64,000 nt of DNA from the NCBI RefSeq assembly GCF_009914755.1, contig NC_060938.1; one strand, given 5' to 3'. Origin of the DNA: the human T2T-CHM13v2.0 reference genome, Homo sapiens. Made by a program: the position numbers and the translations under genes. The first letter of the stretch is position 1; each line of letters opens with the position of its first letter. Shown piece by piece: positions 1 through 64,000 of the stretch. Under the pieces are notes generated by a model. That model did not search any database. It saw nothing but the letters and a program-made list of their open reading frames with translations, and was not told where the DNA came from.

Positions 1-384
1 GGCAGGTGGGGAAAAAAGGTGGTGTTTTGGGATTTGCTAAAGAAGATAAAATAGAAAAAAAGTGTTTATCTATGAAATTGATCTCAGATTATTAAACACA
101 TAATTTATATTATAACAAAATAGCGGTATAAAGTAGCACTGTGATGTGATAAGAAACATTTTGTATTATCGAGTTTAATAATATAATTAGTAAACAACTA
201 ATTTAGACTTCATCAGTCTTGGCTGCAGGAAGTCTGGGGTCACAGAATGCCAAAGAAATGCTGCTCCAGGACACTCTGGAACAACAGACTACCACAGGAG
301 GCCCCTGTGCCACTGTCCACAGAGAAAGGTTCATTATGGTGTGTATTGTATACGATGATGGTAAAGTCTTATTACTTCTACTAC

Positions 385-62954
<62,570 letters not shown>

Positions 62955-64000
62955 CTAAAAAAAATTAAAAATAGATTTAAAGTAATTTCCACAGCTCTAA
63001 GAATGCAAACCTATCTACAAGGTACCAAAACTGTTTTCTTCCCATCCTGACAGCCTTGAAGTGAGTCATAATCCAATTTGTTGCCCTTTTCATTTCTCTA
63101 AAGACAGAAGGGAAAATAGGCTGATCATTTTGACACCTCGTGCCGTAAACATTCATATCGATATTTATTCACCCCAAAGGAAAAAAGCTATGTAGCAAAA
63201 TCCTCTTTATAAACTCAGAAAAAGATATATTTTAAACTCTTAGCTGCTTTTATTTTTCTGAACAAGACCAGAAGAGAAAGACGTTAGGCTAGACATTAGA
63301 AAAGCCTTCCCAAGCAAATGATCCAATGTAACGATGTCCCAAAGATGCTTTCGTATCTTGAGATATTCTAGAAGGGAGTAAGCTGTCTTTTGAGGATGAC
63401 TTGAATATAGTCTTCCTTGAGGGAAGGTATATAATATTTATTTCCCAAGGCCTCTGTGATTCCATAAATAAGCAAAAATCAATAGCAAATGCACAAAGGA
63501 TAAAAGAATCTTAAGAAGTATTTTCCTGAATTCTTAAAAAATAGAGTTATCTTGACTGAAGTTGGAAAGAACCTGAGTTTTATTTAAGTAAATAGTCAGA
63601 ACTAGGATATTACTTTGTTGAAAAGGTAAAAGCATTTTCTTTATGGCCAAGGATATTCTATAACTTAGATGTATGTAATCTCACCTTGGGATTTCTTCTC
63701 ATCACAATTCTAGTTTGATAATGTGGCACCTATTGACATAGAACCCCCATGTAAATACAAAACTGGTAAATTTGTAGTTTGTTCTGCTATGGGATGGGTC
63801 TGTTTGGATGTCATTACAAAACACTGCCTAGAGGTTTAATATAGGTGACAGATAAACTTCCAAATCAAATTTACAAAAGCAGCAAACTTCATTAGTTATT
63901 GAAACAGTGGACAAAAAATCATATCATGTCTTATCTATGCAAATCAAAACAAAAGAGAGGAATTCATTTATATGTCATAAAAGATTTATATGTCATAAAA

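Overview
Human-type genomic DNA lying entirely inside the NIN (ninein, centrosomal microtubule-anchoring coiled-coil protein) gene on the minus strand. I traced 20 consecutive coding exons with canonical AG/GT boundaries and continuous reading frame, from VHFDQFKEAL (62954) to ELNSCVDK (385). These are exons 4-23 in the usual numbering, which is inferred from cumulative lengths. They include the 2139-nt frame-preserving cassette exon 18. Introns hold about 25 Alus, old and young L1 pieces, MIR/L2, MER DNA transposons and microsatellites. I found no prokaryotic-type system, RNA gene or credible new protein-coding gene. The most interesting signals are these: (1) position-appropriate RBFOX and QKI motifs around exon 18, which reflects a known switch; (2) an L1 ORF2 fragment with no 3' end, poly(A) or TSD beside exon 22; (3) a young sense L1 3' end with TSD and AATAAA just after exon 14; (4) an ~80-bp non-tandem duplication with a micro-repeat junction; (5) a nested inverted Alu; (6) a near-consensus CTCF site; (7) a CpG-enriched non-repeat patch in intron 5. 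Repeat boundaries are approximate and subfamily calls are by eye.
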